A DNA stretch of 64,000 nucleotides from Haliotis rubra (lineage: Eukaryota), in NCBI RefSeq assembly GCF_003918875.1, contig NW_025767048.1, forward strand, positions 186,001 through 250,000. Reading direction: 5' to 3'. The position numbers were made by a program, and so were the translations under genes. Below the pieces are notes generated by a model. It searched no databases and was not told the DNA's origin. It saw only the letters and a list, made by a program, of their open reading frames with translations. Of the stretch, positions 13,326-27,637 are shown piece after piece. Position 1 is the stretch's first letter. The number at the start of each line of letters is the position of its first letter.

Positions 13326-13687
13326 AACTGGTGATGTGTGGCCGATTCGTTGATGAACGTATTCGAAACAAATATGACCTGGGAAGGCTTGAAAATAAAG
13401 GAGGGTCAAGAGTTTTTTGAAATGATCTCTAAATGATTATCACAAATATTACCAAATACTATCTTCATGAAAATTTAGCTGTGGCATGAACTAGGGATTG
13501 TAAGTACTTTATGCATAATCAGTACCTAAAGTGAGAGTTCCAGGGTGCAGAAAGAAAGTATGATAATCGTGTTAGAATATACATTGTACTTCTAAGACAG
13601 AATTGCATCGATTAGTGTCCCACCATTGGTATTTGAAACAGTCAATGTCAGAGAATATCTGCCGAAATACTTCCATAGTCCGTAAAA

Positions 13688-13848
13688 GTGAGTGAGTATA
13701 GTTTTACGCCGCTTTTAGCAATATTCCAGCAATATCACGGCGGGGGACACCAGAAATGGGCTTCACACATTGTACCCATGTGGGGAATCGAACCCGGGTC
13801 TTCAGCGTGACGAGCCAAAGTTTTAACCGCTAGGCTACTCCACCGCCC
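13688..13848 (-). mobile_element. SINE family A
   Basis: Full-length; TSD CCGTAAAAGT. Confidence 0.9.
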
Positions 13849-14129
13849 CCGTAAAAGTAAAAATAGTGGCACCGTCAGTTATATGGGTTTCAATGAGAAA
13901 GTAAGTGACAGTGAGTAAAGGGTGAAATCTCTAGGTAAAGGTCACACCATAGGGTGGCATCGTGCATCAGGTTGACAATGTGTCATATGTCGTAAATTCC
14001 TCTGAACCCATGATCACGTTGGGCCGCGATTTTGCGATATTCTCGCATTGATATTAAAAATATCCCATTACATTTACTGAAAATCCCATTGTGTTAGGCA
14101 TAGGGGGGATTTTATCCCTTTAACCTTTT

Positions 14130-14470
14130 TTACCCAGGGTGATCCCTGTGAACGTCGTCCATAAATCTTCTGGAATGACTAAACAAGACCTCTGATGGTG
14201 AACCCTTGCTTGAAAGTTTAGAGAGGTGTCTAGAGTACTTACGCAACTGATAGTTGCTGTGAGCTTGAGCTGATGGTATATTGCTCGAGAGGAAAATCGA
14301 AATCATCTTATTGTACGGCTTGGTACTCCGGCTGCTATCAATTGGAAATTCCATGCGTAGATTAGGTAATGGAATACTAAAATGGTCGATGAATGAATTT
14401 CCATTCCATGTAAGGCATTATAATCACAGACGTTTTAATATACCAAAAATTGGTTGTCACTCATTTTATA
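14130..14470 (-). mobile_element. Decayed Penelope-like RT fragment
   Basis: STKPYNK / DDFDF / FLSSNIPSAQAH..QLRKYSR across frameshifts. Confidence 0.65.
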
Positions 14471-14697
14471 TGTATTCATATGCGTCAGATTAACGTTTTC
14501 AGTAAGTTCAATCGCTCCTGAAGGAAATGCTTTCAAACTGACACTGAGAAGGAAATAATATATGGAAAAAATATCCCCAGAGTCTTCAAAGGCATTTAGA
14601 AGTTGGTGTAGTAATACAAGACAAATCTTATAGATAACAACTTCTTTATCTGTTTACCACGGCATTTCTGTGCTGTTTCTTGTCCCATCTTCAGGTG

Positions 14698-14840
14698 NNN
14701 NNNNNNNNNNNNNNNNNNNNNNNNNNNNNNNNNNNNNNNNNNNNNNNNNNNNNNNNNNNNNNNNNNNNNNNNNNNNNNNNNNNNNNNNNNNNNNNNNNNN
14801 NNNNNNNNNNNNNNNNNNNNNNNNNNNNNNNNNNNNNNNN
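14698..14840. other. Assembly gap (143 N)
   Basis: Run of N. Confidence 1.
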
Positions 14841-15603
14841 AAAGAGACAAAATAGTATTTTCGTAAAGACAGGCTACATACAGTCCTGCGTGCATCGGTT
14901 GTGGTCTGACGAATCTACATTACATGGCCATATTAACATTTAGCCTTACTTACAAATACTTACGCTGTAGACACATCGGAATTGCATTTATAACATCATT
15001 CTTGACCTTTTCATCTAGGCCTATAATGCCAAAGTGACTGTCTAAGTGGGTTAGGTTAAAGTAACAGGTTACCGAAATAGTCTTAATTTATCACAGGCAC
15101 CAGATTTTCAACACAATCATCGCAACCTATTATTGGATCATAATAAAGTTATGCCACTCTTCGTTAACAAAAACGCCAATTTTGAAGGACAATTCCTATC
15201 TTTATAAATGTCAGCAAGAAGAACCAACAGTAAGAATTATATTTGATAGCCCTAGGTACATGTGTATTGATTACTTGAATAGCCACCACAACACATTGAG
15301 GAAACATCCATCCCCGTGTTGCTAATACATGTTTTGATTCAATAAACAAGTAAAAGAGATTCTGTGAGCGTGCTCGATAGTTCTCGTGACATTAAATATT
15401 GGTTCCAAGGGTGTATGATTCGTGCCAAGCATCTCATACATGTTTGATTCAGAGATGTAAGGGGAAATCATGAGGATCTGTTGATTCCGGAAGTTGAGTT
15501 TTTTCTACTTCCGTTATCAACGGATTTGGGTCATTCTTCTCATTTAACTCGCTGTATTTTTGCCTAATGACCTATAGTTGCATCTGTCTCATACGCATGT
15601 TCA

Positions 15604-16905
15604 GATAGATCAGAGAATCCGTGGCCCAGAATAAACTGCAAGATCAAAAACGTGGAGTCATCAAAATGGATGAAAGGTTTCTGATTAGAAACTGGATCTA
15701 CGTTGATCGTCACGTTCAGTTAAAGGTCAAATAATCTCAGAGGTTTTTTAAAAATTTCTTTTAAATAAAATCCCCCTTCGAGTGTCAGGTACAGGAACAC
15801 AATCTCTGTCAGCTGTAATATAGTGGTCGCTGTAAATCTATCTTCAGAACACCACCTCCGTGTTGTAGTGGTTAGAGCGTCCGCCCGGAGAGCGGAAGGT
15901 CGCGGGTTCGATCCCCCACCGCGTCATACCAAACGACGTTAAAATATGGTACTTGTTGGTCCCTGCCTAGACTAACAACTAGTCTCTGAAATGAACATAT
16001 TTTACTGAAAAAAGTTCAAAGTAAAAAAAAAAATATATAATGAAAAGAGCCCTGAGACTTTCTTCATTTTCCTGCAGCTGAGGAAATCTAGACTTGCCAC
16101 ATTTTCTAGACTTGTGTGGGCTTTCTTGGATATATTTGCTTCAGGGTCTGTACGACAGACTAGTCCCTGCCTGGCGCTCGGCATTAATGGGTACAACAAG
16201 GACTGGTCGCCTCGAAGTCAGTATAATGTGTCTGAGTGGGGAATTCATGCTTCACTGATAGGTCAGAGAATCCGTGGCCCAGAATAAACTGCAAGATCAA
16301 AAAGTGGAGTCATCAAAATGGATGAAAGGTTTCTGATTAAAAACTGGATCTACGTTGATCGTTACGTTCAGTTAAAGGTCTAATAATCTCAGAGGGTTTT
16401 TTAATTTCTTTCAATAAATCCCCCTTCGAGTGTCAGGTACAGGAACACAATCTCTGTCAGCTGTAATATAGTGGTCGCTGTAAATCTATCTTCAGAACAC
16501 CGCCTCCGTGTTGTAGTGGTTAGAGCGTCCGCCCGGAGAGCGGAAGGTCGCGGGTTCGATCCCCCACCGCGTCATACCAAACGACGTTAAAATATGGTAC
16601 TTGTTGGTCCCTGCCTAGACTAACTACTAGTCTCTGAAATGAACATATTTTACTGAAAAAAGTTCATAGTAAAAAATATATATATAATGAAAAGGAGCCC
16701 TGAGACTTTCTTCATTTTCCTGATGCTGAGGAAATCTAGACTTGACAAATTTTCTAGACTTGTGTGGGCTTTCTTGGATATATTTGCTTCAGGGTCTGTA
16801 CGACAGACTAGTCCCTGCCTGGCGCTCGGCATTAATGGGTACAACAAGGACTGGTCGGCTCGGAGTCAGTATAATGTGTCTGAGTGGGGTATTCATGCTT
16901 CACTG
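15604..16905 (+). repeat. ~650-bp direct tandem duplication (15604-16256 / 16257-16905)
   Basis: Near-identical copies; the first ends within SINE C at ..CTTCACTG. Confidence 0.95.
15968..16162. mobile_element. 195-bp TAG...CTA element with 9-bp TSD (Academ-like) inserted in SINE C; duplicated at 16616-16810
   Basis: SINE C sequence GTCCCTGCC duplicated on both sides (15959-15967, 16163-16171). Confidence 0.65.
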
Positions 16906-17053
16906 CGGCATGGTATCTCAGTGGGCTAGCACTAGAAAACCAGCTTCAGTCTGGGCTAGTACAAGCCGCCGCACATACACATACACACGCATGCACGTCG
17001 TCATATGAGCGAAATATTCTCAAGCACGACGTAAAACCCAATTTCACCTCACC
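16498..17053 (+). mobile_element. SINE family C interrupted by Academ-like insert (truncated duplicate at 15850-16256)
   Basis: Consensus match on both sides of the insert. Confidence 0.9.
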
Positions 17054-18335
17054 TATATGCAGAACGTCAACGTCAACGCAGGTGGTTGTGAGCGATGGTA
17101 TGTCTCCGGAATAATCATTGTTAACACTATCAACTGAACGTCTGAATAAAATTACATGAAAAACACTGACAGCATTTGTGTTATTTTGGGTCACCTCCAT
17201 AACATTGAATCAATCCAAGATGGTGGGCATAGTTTGTAGCTTCGTATGTAACAGACTACATTACGTCGTATATGGAACATTAATGTTCGTGGCCCATGGT
17301 GGATTGTGGAGAAACCTAGAAGGCCCGGGTTCGATTCTCCACCTGGGTTCAATGGGTGAAACCCATGTCTGACGATATTGCTGAAATAGTGCTAAAATCT
17401 GCGTGAAAGCATACTCACTAGCTCACACACTCACTAGTGGTGCCTGGCTTTCGTTATATGCAATTTCAAACAAAACCATACTTCCTTTTAAATGTATTCA
17501 TCCTTCAATTCTGCAAACATTATTTTGATTCTTCACTTTGATTTGGATAGAAATAACTAACGACAGGTGCTTTGTTCTGTCGTCTAGATTATGAAGAACA
17601 ATAATCGCAATACTCAATACATTTACGGAAATGGGTCGAATATACTAGATCCGAATAGGATTTTACACTGTAGATATACCTTCCCTTGGCGCCTGTAACA
17701 GCCCACACCACTATTAGAGCCAACTGAAGTCGCTTGAGTTAATGTGGTGCATTTATTCCTTCGAGCGTTTACAACACCGACATTGTTGATGGTTAATCGG
17801 TTTAACGTCCCTTTCCCGGGTCGAACTTACGGAAGATCTGAGACGATGTACACTCTTGGAATGGTATTCATTGTTGTGTGATCAATGGTAGAACACAAAC
17901 GGGATTCAACGTCCGTAGTAGTGTAATTAAGCCCGTTTGTCCAATATTTTCAAAGTCTTGCTGATCCCAAAATCTATGACACCAATGATGATCGAAATCA
18001 CTGCACAAATATCTCTTCATCTAAAAGCGACGAAGTAGATGCTAAGCAATGTTCTTGGCACCGATCAATTAGCCTTCAGAATGTTAACTTTGGTAAAGTA
18101 GAAAGGTATGAAATATAGCATAGAATTACATCTAAGGGTGTCCTACCATTGCAAATTCTAACCGTCAGTGTCATGATAAATATTTCAGTAGGGCGTAAAA
18201 GTCAAAATAGTGATTAACATTGAACAACAACGAACATGAATGGACCCCGCTGCACGTTGTGTATAGGTTTAGGATCAATAAATATACGTTAGTTGGGTAA
18301 AACACTTTTTATAACGATATAACACGGGTTTGTAT

Positions 18336-18442
18336 GGAATCCTAGAAGGGACATTGTAGCGTCGTCGCCCTTTCAAAAACAAGCAAAAAGTGGCAAAATT
18401 AACCTAAGTGCGACAAGGCGACAATGCCCTTTCTAGGATTCC
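18336..18442. mobile_element. Short MITE
   Basis: ~33-bp imperfect TIRs GGAATCCTAGAAGGGACATTGT.. / ..ACAATGCCCTTTCTAGGATTCC. Confidence 0.7.
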
Positions 18443-18479
18443 TTAGGTTTGCCATATAACGTTAGAGAGCTGACAGAAT

Positions 18480-18830
18480 GTAATAATGAACGCAATGGCT
18501 GTACAGTGACCTCGGCACAACGCTAAACTAATAAATCCCTTAAACAATTAAATTGTTGTATCATGTTGTTCAAGGTGGTAATGTTGGACACTTCTCTCAA
18601 GCACATCATAGCTCAGCACCTACGTCGCTGGCTGTATTTTGGGGAAGCCTGCAGATCTGACTTTGTTAAATCATTCCAAATGACACTGCATATGAACATC
18701 CGCGGGCGTAATCATTTGGTGCACCTGGGCCGGGTCATGTTCGAACTGAGGAGAGTGTCTGTTGAATTAAAGTCCCCCTTTTTTCAGGCTTCTCACTGCC
18801 TCATGGCAACTTGACTTGGAAAACGTCGAG
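18480..18830 (-). mobile_element. Decayed CR1/L2-type LINE RT C-terminal fragment
   Basis: LRPRMFICSVIWNDLTKSDLQ../KIQ resembles VRPxLEYCSxVW...LEKIQ; multiple stops and shifts. Confidence 0.5.
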
Positions 18831-19116
18831 ATAGATTATGAATTGCTACAATAGAGCCTTGTCTACTTGGCATATCGTTTAACACAAAGCCAAACTATGG
18901 GTCCGGTGAAGGGCTTGTTTACGTGAAAATCCAAAATCGACTGTCCGTCTCGAACTACGGATTACTCGATGTCTTCTCATGGATATTTTGTCCCAATCAG
19001 AAACCATCTGTACATTTGTAAGAGTGGTCTTATGTCTTTTTTCGGTTAACATAAACATAAAATAGGCTTCTTTAGTCAATCAAATGCCACGAAATCACTG
19101 ACAATGTATTCGCCTG

Positions 19117-19278
19117 CACAGGGGCGTGTCACGCTTAGAAACAGCGTTAGAAAGACATATAGGTATATAGACCCTACCCTAGCATTATATAAAAGGATCC
19201 TTTTATATAGTACTAGGGTAGGGTCTATATACCTATATGTCTTTCTAACGCTGTTTCTAAGCGTGACACGCCCCTGTG
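19117..19278. mobile_element. 162-bp almost fully palindromic MITE (P- or hAT-like)
   Basis: CACAGGGG...CCCCTGTG, spacerless centre TATATAAAAGGATCCTTTTATATA; 8-bp TSD TTCGCCTG (19109-19116, 19279-19286). Confidence 0.85.
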
Positions 19279-20049
19279 TTCGCCTGCATGTCTACTGTGT
19301 TAGAAATAATCACGATGCCTAGATTTTCCATTGGTGACCCTTGCTAACACGTCAGAATGGTTTCTTGATGAACATCTACATGGGGAGTAGCTATACACGT
19401 TACTCACAAAATTTTAATTATTTCGAACAGGATGGTGGGTCTCATCACGCCTTGCCGCTAATACCTACAGACACGCTAAAGTCTGTCATTACATGCAGTA
19501 AAGGGCAAACAACAAACTACGATGGGTTGTACGTGCGATAACGGCGTATATCACAACTACGAATATCATCATTGTAAGAATATCGCACCGGCGGCAAATA
19601 AAGTCGCCGGTGTACGTGTCAAAGGTGTAGAAAATGATTCCGATTGTCGGGAAGCTTGTTTGGAGACGGAAATCTCACGATACAGTTTTCTCAACTCAAC
19701 ACAGAGTCAAACAGAGCTGTCTTAAAAACATTATCGTTAGCTAGGAATTACCACCGTAATCATTGTACTTATCATCGCACAAAATACGCAATCCTTGAAT
19801 CATATGGCCCTCTACCTCGAACTAATATATGTAAGCAAAACTATGCTAACTGTCCACGGAAAAAATAACGCCAATAGTATATTCGAGGATTTACGGTGCT
19901 TAGAAGTTAGCTTCAGCTGACAATGAGTGTCTAAAAATAACCCATTTCGATCCACTGATTTACGATTACCCACCTGAACTAAAAAAATAAAAGGCGAAAC
20001 CACCTCATCTGGTTCATATTTATACCTATGCGCAGTGATTAAAAGTGAC

Positions 20050-20455
20050 ACAACAACATCAACAAGTGAAGAGGGATGACTTCAACTTTCCAGGAGTCCA
20101 CGTTTCCTTTCCTGCATTTCCAGCCGCCCCCAGACCGTCAACACTTTAAAACGTTTGAGGCACCCTCGATTATTCACTGTCTACAGAGATCTCAAAAGAG
20201 TGTCAAATAACTTTTACTCAAAGGTGGGTTTTTTTAAACACCGTTACAACAGTCACTGCCTTAGAGGGTTTTGTGGTACAGGTGTGAAGGAATTTACACA
20301 TTCCAGGTCAGTGATTAAAATGATGTTTAAATCCCTATTATAATTTCTATCACATATTGCCGTGCTTTGTCAGGCGAACAATTGACTGTCCTTTGCATGT
20401 GTTTGTGACGCATGCCACAGGCGGGACAGGATTCGCTCACCTTTTCACTAACATC
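20050..20455 (+). mobile_element. Decayed Penelope-like RT 3' fragment
   Basis: KRDDFNFP at ~20069 followed by FP..PAAP; downstream CAGGATTCGCTCACCTTT motif resembles those at ~8850, ~11020(-) and ~60545. Confidence 0.55.
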
Positions 20456-21079
20456 AAAGGCTACGAATATGGTTTCGTGGCTAATGTTTAGTTTTACAAA
20501 TGTGGTCTACTTTTATCTCATTGATAAACAAGTGTCATGAGCAAATAACCTGCATATCTCAGTTAAAACACAGGGATGTCATTTACTAATACTAAGACGT
20601 TCACACAGACTTCAATGTCTCACGAACAGAGCTAGTCAATAAAAGGAATTATAACATACCAGCTCACGAAACGGTTCCCAGCCAATCGACTACATGTACT
20701 TCTGTTTGCCAAAGCGTCCAGCCATTTGGCGTGTATACATCATCGCTCTTTGTGTTCTGGTCAAGTCGAGAGAGGCTGCTTTAAGGTTTCGCACAGGCAG
20801 TTCCTGGGGGAATGTGATGCTATCTGCGAAGCGTAGTTTCATTGGAATTCTCATGGAACCCATACCGATCCTTCAAGCGGTCTATTTCAACTGGATTGAT
20901 GTTGCAAACCTCTGTTTTACGTTTACTCAATATTTACGAAAAGGCAGTCAAAGGTGTGCAGTTGACGATTTTCCAACTTCACACTTACTGTATACTGTAG
21001 TGTATCAAGGGAATATATACTGCATGAGGTCATCACAATCAGAAAGGTCTTCCTTGAGGACTTCAAATGTTGAACAGAC

Positions 21080-21182
21080 TGCTGTTGTACAAAGCGATCT
21101 TAGCGCTAAGGTGACCGTAACTCTCTTACCTTAGCATAGACTTACGGTAGTCTTGGCGCTAAGTTTGTTTTGTACAACGGCA
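21080..21182. mobile_element. Short hairpin MITE
   Basis: TGCTGTTGTACAAA..CTTAGCGCTAAG..ACCGTAA / TTACGGT..CTTGGCGCTAAG..TTTGTACAACGGCA. Confidence 0.7.
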
Positions 21183-21649
21183 TACAAGGAAGACGTTTCC
21201 GGTCAGCTGAAGACAGCATATTCATGTTTAGATGAACGGCTATGAGTGATATATGACTTCTTGTTCTTCATACATGTTAAGTTAATGACAATAACAAAAA
21301 CAAATTGTTATAAAAAAAACGGCGGACATTACGGCGCCATGATATTTCAACATCTTACACTGTTTTTGTATTCATTGCTCTCAGTTGATATAATTCTGTA
21401 GTTTGTTATGCGTGCACAAATACATGAAAATACACTATGTTCTTTACCTACCTACCCTAAAATGTATTTATAAGACACAACAACAGGAATATTTACATTA
21501 ACGAATAAGATACATTCTTCACGTTACATCTGGCTTAGACAACACATGATGTACATAACAAAATGTCAGGACAGGTAAAACCGTGTATTTCATGAGGACA
21601 TCACACTTCAAAACGATTCACCGAACAATTGATCCAATACTTTTACAGC

Positions 21650-21808
21650 GAGACAGTATGTTTTAATGCCGCTTTTAGAAATATTTCAGCAATATCACGG
21701 CGGGGGACACAAGAAGTGGGCTGCACACTTTGCACCCATGTTGGGAATCAAACCTGGGTGTTCGGCGTGATGAGCGAACGCATTAACCACTAGACTACCC
21801 ACTGTCCC
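21650..21808 (-). mobile_element. SINE family A
   Basis: Diverged full-length copy; TSD TACTTTTACAG. Confidence 0.85.
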
Positions 21809-22556
21809 ATTACTTTTACAGATGAACCACAGTACTGCCAGTTTGGAGCTATGTTGACTGTGTTAGACTTCAAAGTCCGAGAGTCGAATATTTGTATAAC
21901 AAATATATTTATATGTTCGCGAATTCTCCTTCACGTGAAGCGAGGAATACAACTAAATCCAGATATGGAAATGCCATTTTATATCTACTTAAAAGAGATG
22001 TTCTGAATCTTCTGAGGTTCCATTTTGTGATTCAAAAACCACTTGTTAATTGGCTTAATCCTTAAGTCTCCTTTGCGAATCGCATAAATGGACCTTGTAA
22101 TTGTTAACATCTTAGTCAGACATTTAGTCAGAGTTGATGTGTCAATGAAACTATGTTTTAAAGTAGAATACCATGGACTGCACATTACACAAGATTACAG
22201 ATAATCTCAAGTAATCCAGAAGGAACACATGTAAATGATTTCGCTTCCCTGATGGACGACTGATACTAGCTGCGCGATGCGTATAATTTGACTTGCACTT
22301 TCTCAGTATGGATGCCTTAAGCTCGTAACTCCAAAAGTAACGCTGCTATGTCGATGTTTTTTAATCCTCCAATCTTCCTAAGTGTCACAGACCTATTACG
22401 TTTAACCCTTCGAAAGGACTATTCTTCGTATTCGTCGTTGACGTAGAGGCGTGCTCAAACGCAATTTCAGGAAGTGCCTCACGTCGCGCCCAATTCCCTG
22501 TCTTTATAAAGAAATGGCAACGATCATTCCCCATGTTGTATACCTGCGTCATACAT

Positions 22557-23038
22557 CATGCCTTACCATGCAACACCAATTGGTAGAGTTCACTGACATG
22601 AGTAAACGTATACCTGACAAAAAAAATTCTGATAAGAGTGAGTGAGTTTATTTTACGCCGTTTTTATGTGGGCAATTGAACGCTTTAACCACTAGGCTAC
22701 CCCACGACCCGTTAAAAGCAAGAACCCATGGAACGATTGAACTTTATCACACGACTATGCTTTCCTTTCTAAGCCATTATGTGTTTACCAAAAATACTCG
22801 AATTTTCAAAATATGACGATCACACATGCCTTACCTTGCAACACCAATTGATAGAGTTCAATGACATGAGTAAATGTATACCTGACAAATATTTTTCCAC
22901 AGTAATAGGAATCTGTGGAAACCAAGAACCCATTGAACGATTGAACTTTATCATAAGACTATGCTATTCTTCCTAAGTCATTTGTGTGTTAACCAAAAAT
23001 ACTCGAATTTTCAAAATATGACGATCACACATGCCTTA
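22557..23038 (+). repeat. Local tandem repeat of ~200-bp unit (~2.3 copies), first unit containing a deleted SINE A
   Basis: CATGCCTTA at 22557, 22826, 23030; AAGAACCCAT at 22720, 22924. Confidence 0.8.
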
Positions 23039-24737
23039 ATTATAATGCACATTAACAAGTGATCGATGTTAGAATAAGTCTCGGCAACGTATCCATGACA
23101 ACTAATGGAATTGTGTGGTCAGGTGCGCTAACTTAGTTCATGAATGACATCGTATTCATATTGTGTTTATTGGTGCTCAAGATGTCAGTCACTGAAATAG
23201 TTCTGGTCCTCTCTCAATAATTTACAGACGTCACCCATAAAGCTTAGGCATTGCTGCGGTGTGTGTTAAACGAAGAACAAACAGTACGAATCAAGTCCGT
23301 AATGTCAGCACCAAGGCAGCATTGCTTGACAGGTAATTTCAAAGTAATATGCATGCATGGTGTTGGGCGTTTTTGCATTAAATGTTAAAGTATGCGTGTG
23401 TCAAATTTACAGTCTGCTCAAAGTAGGTCGACAGCAAAATGTAAATATACGGGTAACAAGAAAGGACCTTCTTTACCACGTCAAGAATACATCGTTAATA
23501 GATGTATGCAGCAGTCGACGTAGTAGTAGTGGTGGTGGTGGTGATGGTGGTAGTAGTAGGAGTAGTAGAGATTGTTACAGCTAAGAATATGTGTGGTATT
23601 ATATTTACACCATTATCTATATGGCTTTAGGGGGGTACTGACGATGATTCGTACGGTCATTGCGTCTACAGTATCTCCCTTGTCTTCTTGTTTGGTAAGG
23701 ATTTGAACCATTGAACCTGTTGTATTCTTCTGTATGTCCAACCAAATGCCAGTGTTCTGCCCTTGTAGAAAAGATCAGGCTTGACATATTGGTTCTTATG
23801 CTCCGGTGAATTCCCATCCCTGTATTGCCTTAAATTTCTGGTTTTGTTTTCACCTCAGTCGGTGGTGTGGTGTCTGAAGAGGGAATTTTCAATTTGCAAA
23901 TTCAATTCGGTTCGATAATATCTGCCGACGGACATGTCAGTTGTACCTTCGGGTCTGCTTTGCTTAAAGATCCTAGCTGCCGCTGTTGTGTTTTGAATGT
24001 GTGATGGATAAGCTTTCCTTACATATACATTGTACATCAACTGTTTTATAAATGTACACAATTCTTATGTTTAAAAAAGTAAATGAGGGGACAGTCTCAG
24101 AGGTTATTTTACAGATATTTATGGATATAAATCGTCAAGATATACGTGTTTTGCTACATAATAACGAAATAATTGTGTATCTGAAAACCAACAATATTAC
24201 TGCAGCCGGTTATTTAACGTTTGTTAGTTGTTTCACAAAATGAATTCAAGGTAATGGCTTTATTACCCTTTATCGGTACTGTGCTGTTGGAGAGTAATCT
24301 CGCCACTCTATCACAACGGTTACCATGGGAAATCAAGTATAGTTCATGTTATTTGGAAACCCCGATGCTTTGCGAGGGACACATTAGTGTCCTATGATAG
24401 GGCACAGGCGAGCATCATTTATGTTAGGATCGCCATATTGCACAATAAGTTGGGAAATTGTAACCTTCAGAGACACTCGATGTTTGTATAATCAAATGTA
24501 CCTCCTGGTAACGGAGGAAGCGATTATAACATAGCCTGTTCTGGATCTTTGGGAATAACGAGAGCTAATATCTTTTCGACTGTTTTGACAATTTCATTAG
24601 ATCGTTCTTATGCATTTGTCAACTAAACTCCGTTTCGAAATCCGTACGTATTAAAACTAATAATTCTTTAGCTTGTTAAATGACAGGGAATGTGATGAAG
24701 TGGTGAATGAGTTGTGATGATCGAACCTCATAGTAGC

Positions 24738-24820
24738 TACAGTCAAGTCTCGTTAATCCGACATCGTCCGTTGCACAGCAAAATGTCGGATTACCGAGGA
24801 TGTCAGATTATCGAATTCTG
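24738..24820 (+). mobile_element. Left end of a pogo/Tc1-like element
   Basis: TA-CAGTCAAGTCTCGTTAATCCGAC with internal GTCGGATTA repeats; right end not found. Confidence 0.5.
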
Positions 24821-27637
24821 AGTACAGATCACGTTCACAGTCAAAAACAGAACAATCATGATTCATATTAAATGTGTGTGTGTAATTAGTGTTGGGAATC
24901 GACCTTTAGAATTTAAATCACACCTTGTACTTTAATGAATGAGAAAACTTTACTTTCGACGAAATGCATAGTGCTGTAGCTGCTGTAGTTCATGAGAAAA
25001 CGTCACTTCCGGCGGAAACCTGTTCACATTTACAGAAATCGCGACTTGTATCTACAGTGATGCCTGTGTATATTGCTATCAGATAGTCTCGGTGGTAGGA
25101 AATCTGGAACTAGACGGAATGACTTTTTAAAGAACTGTTTCAGATTTTTTTTAAATACGAATTACAATTTTATGAACTTGTTTAGACACTCGCTTTTACC
25201 AATTATCCATAGACATCGCTGGCTATAATATGTTCCCAGGGCGGTTTGGTTGTCGTGAAAAATTGTTAATGTAGGATTTGGGTAGACTTCCTACCCTAAT
25301 GCGACCACCGCTGGTATGTCTGGTATGGTATAACAGCTTACGGGCTGAAGTCACATCGCTGGCTTTCGTCTGACAGATACATTCAGTGTGTTTAAGTACA
25401 CGTGATTATTTCTATACGGAATACATCAGAAAGAGCATTATTAGATCGGGCTAGGCAATTCGTGAATAATCATTTGAAATTTCTGTACCACGCATTCCTA
25501 TTTCCCGTGGTACGTTTTTCTTTCGAGTGAACAGGAGACTTGCATCTGTCTGTGTTTGTTACCAGTGTCACCGGTAGGGCAGATTACGTTCTGGGTTTCC
25601 AGAACACCTAGCATTGTCACTATTTCATAGCGATTCCTAAACACGTGTTCTTACAGGTCTCACCTTTCAAATGCCTCTTTTTGCAGAAATTCCTTACGAT
25701 AAAGAATTGTTACGATTCCGAATATTTTATGAGCATTTTTATAGAGTTTTTTGTGGATGCAAATACAAAACACAATTCTCAAGTTCTGTGTAACATTTCA
25801 CAACGCTTGTCCAGCGATAAGTAAATAATACTTTTAGCCTGTACCGAAATATAGAAGGTGGGAAGGATATGGACCCATTCTGGAAATGAATGTCGGATTT
25901 TCAAGTTGTAATAATGGTAAAGTCATAAATTGTCATACATGTTTAAATAATTGACAGCTAGCTTTATTTCTTACAATTACACATTTATTTACATCTTGTT
26001 ACAACAAAACAAGTCCCGAGTACCCAAATCATACTTCCGAAAGAAACAGTTGAAAATATAAAAATATTAATATGACGTCACTTCTCGGTTTTTCTTGGTT
26101 AAAATGACAAATTATCTATCAACATCATTCGTGTTCTATTAGTTAATCAGCGACAATTGGTGTTGACAAAAGTCAACAGAAACCCGTGACAGGTCCACGA
26201 TATTGTTAACTACTTGAGACGTTATGGATCCATGGCTATAACACAGCCATATATAACGTCTCAAGTAGATACGGAACAGGGAAACGAAAATTTAGACGTT
26301 CCTCGACGCAGGATTATCAGGAACGTGTATTTTTCACTCTTGATTCCACTAATGCCACCGTTTTCGATTGTTGCTAGAATTACAACGTGTCGTATTTCAG
26401 GGAGAATGTTGGCAGTGGGATTAAGACTGAAATGACGTCTTCTATGGCATTACGCGTACGCAGTGAAAAGGGCTTAAAATATCACACCTCGAACTCTGTT
26501 ATATCCGACCGCTTGCCGCAAATCGCAATAATTGTTTTCATAACAAAATATTTTGCTTGTGGTAACGTAAGACTGTTTACGAATACTTTTTTCTTCAATG
26601 AAAAATCGTTGCCTTCTGGAGAACTCCTACACACAACGTTCAGTAATGATTTACTGACAGCGTCAAATGTAACTGTGATGACGTTTTTTGTCCGGTTTTC
26701 ACGACCCTTTCCAAACCCTTTTGTGGAACTATATGAGAATATCAAGAGAATGGCACGATGGCGTGCTTTTAACATCATATAATCGATCAGAGCACCTCAA
26801 GGGATCCCGACTCAACTCGCGACTCTGTCATGAGGTTACAATTCAGCCAAATTTACTCGCAGAGTGATTCCATCCCGAAAATTCATTTGGTCCCTCCTCC
26901 CCAGGTAACTGAGACCTGCGACCATTTCGCCATACTCAGCAAATAGGCAGTGGTAGCACAAAGGCCATAATGAAGATTTCACGTTCTCGCTCAATATGAT
27001 CAATGAATTCATCTCTAAATTTTTTAAACAATTTCACAATATACTAATGCACCAAGGGTTTTCGTTATTACATTAAGGATATCCAAACAGTTACATGACG
27101 AAGATGCACATCCTGATGCTTTTGTTACCGTGTGAACATTTCATATGGAAAGCTTGGCTGTAGCTATAACGTGGTAACAGTGCGAATAAATGTTTTAAGT
27201 ATATTGCAGTTATGGTCGCTGCCTCAACAATACATATAGCCTCTACATCTCAGTCCATGTGTTATTTATTGGTCGTCAGTCCATTGTTACCCGTCATATA
27301 TGTTCTAGTATAATAAGGAATAGCACCATATTCATTATAGTTCACTCGGCCGTTAAAAGCAAATGTTAGCAAAACAATTGGAAGCTGACAGGCGAGAGGA
27401 ACCTATTAAGCCACCACATTGCGGTTAACACAAAACTGAACAAAGCAGCACGCAGGCGCCCCAATGCTGGAGTGAACCAAGCCTATTTTGCCCTACTCTG
27501 TTATGACAGGAAGGCATTTCAGATATTTTACTTTAATTACGTTAAATTTGGCCTGTTCATAATCAAATTCACATAGAATTCTGATGTTCGGTCTGTTCTT
27601 CGTGAAGGTGATTTCAGATGAATAGACTGTTACAGTT

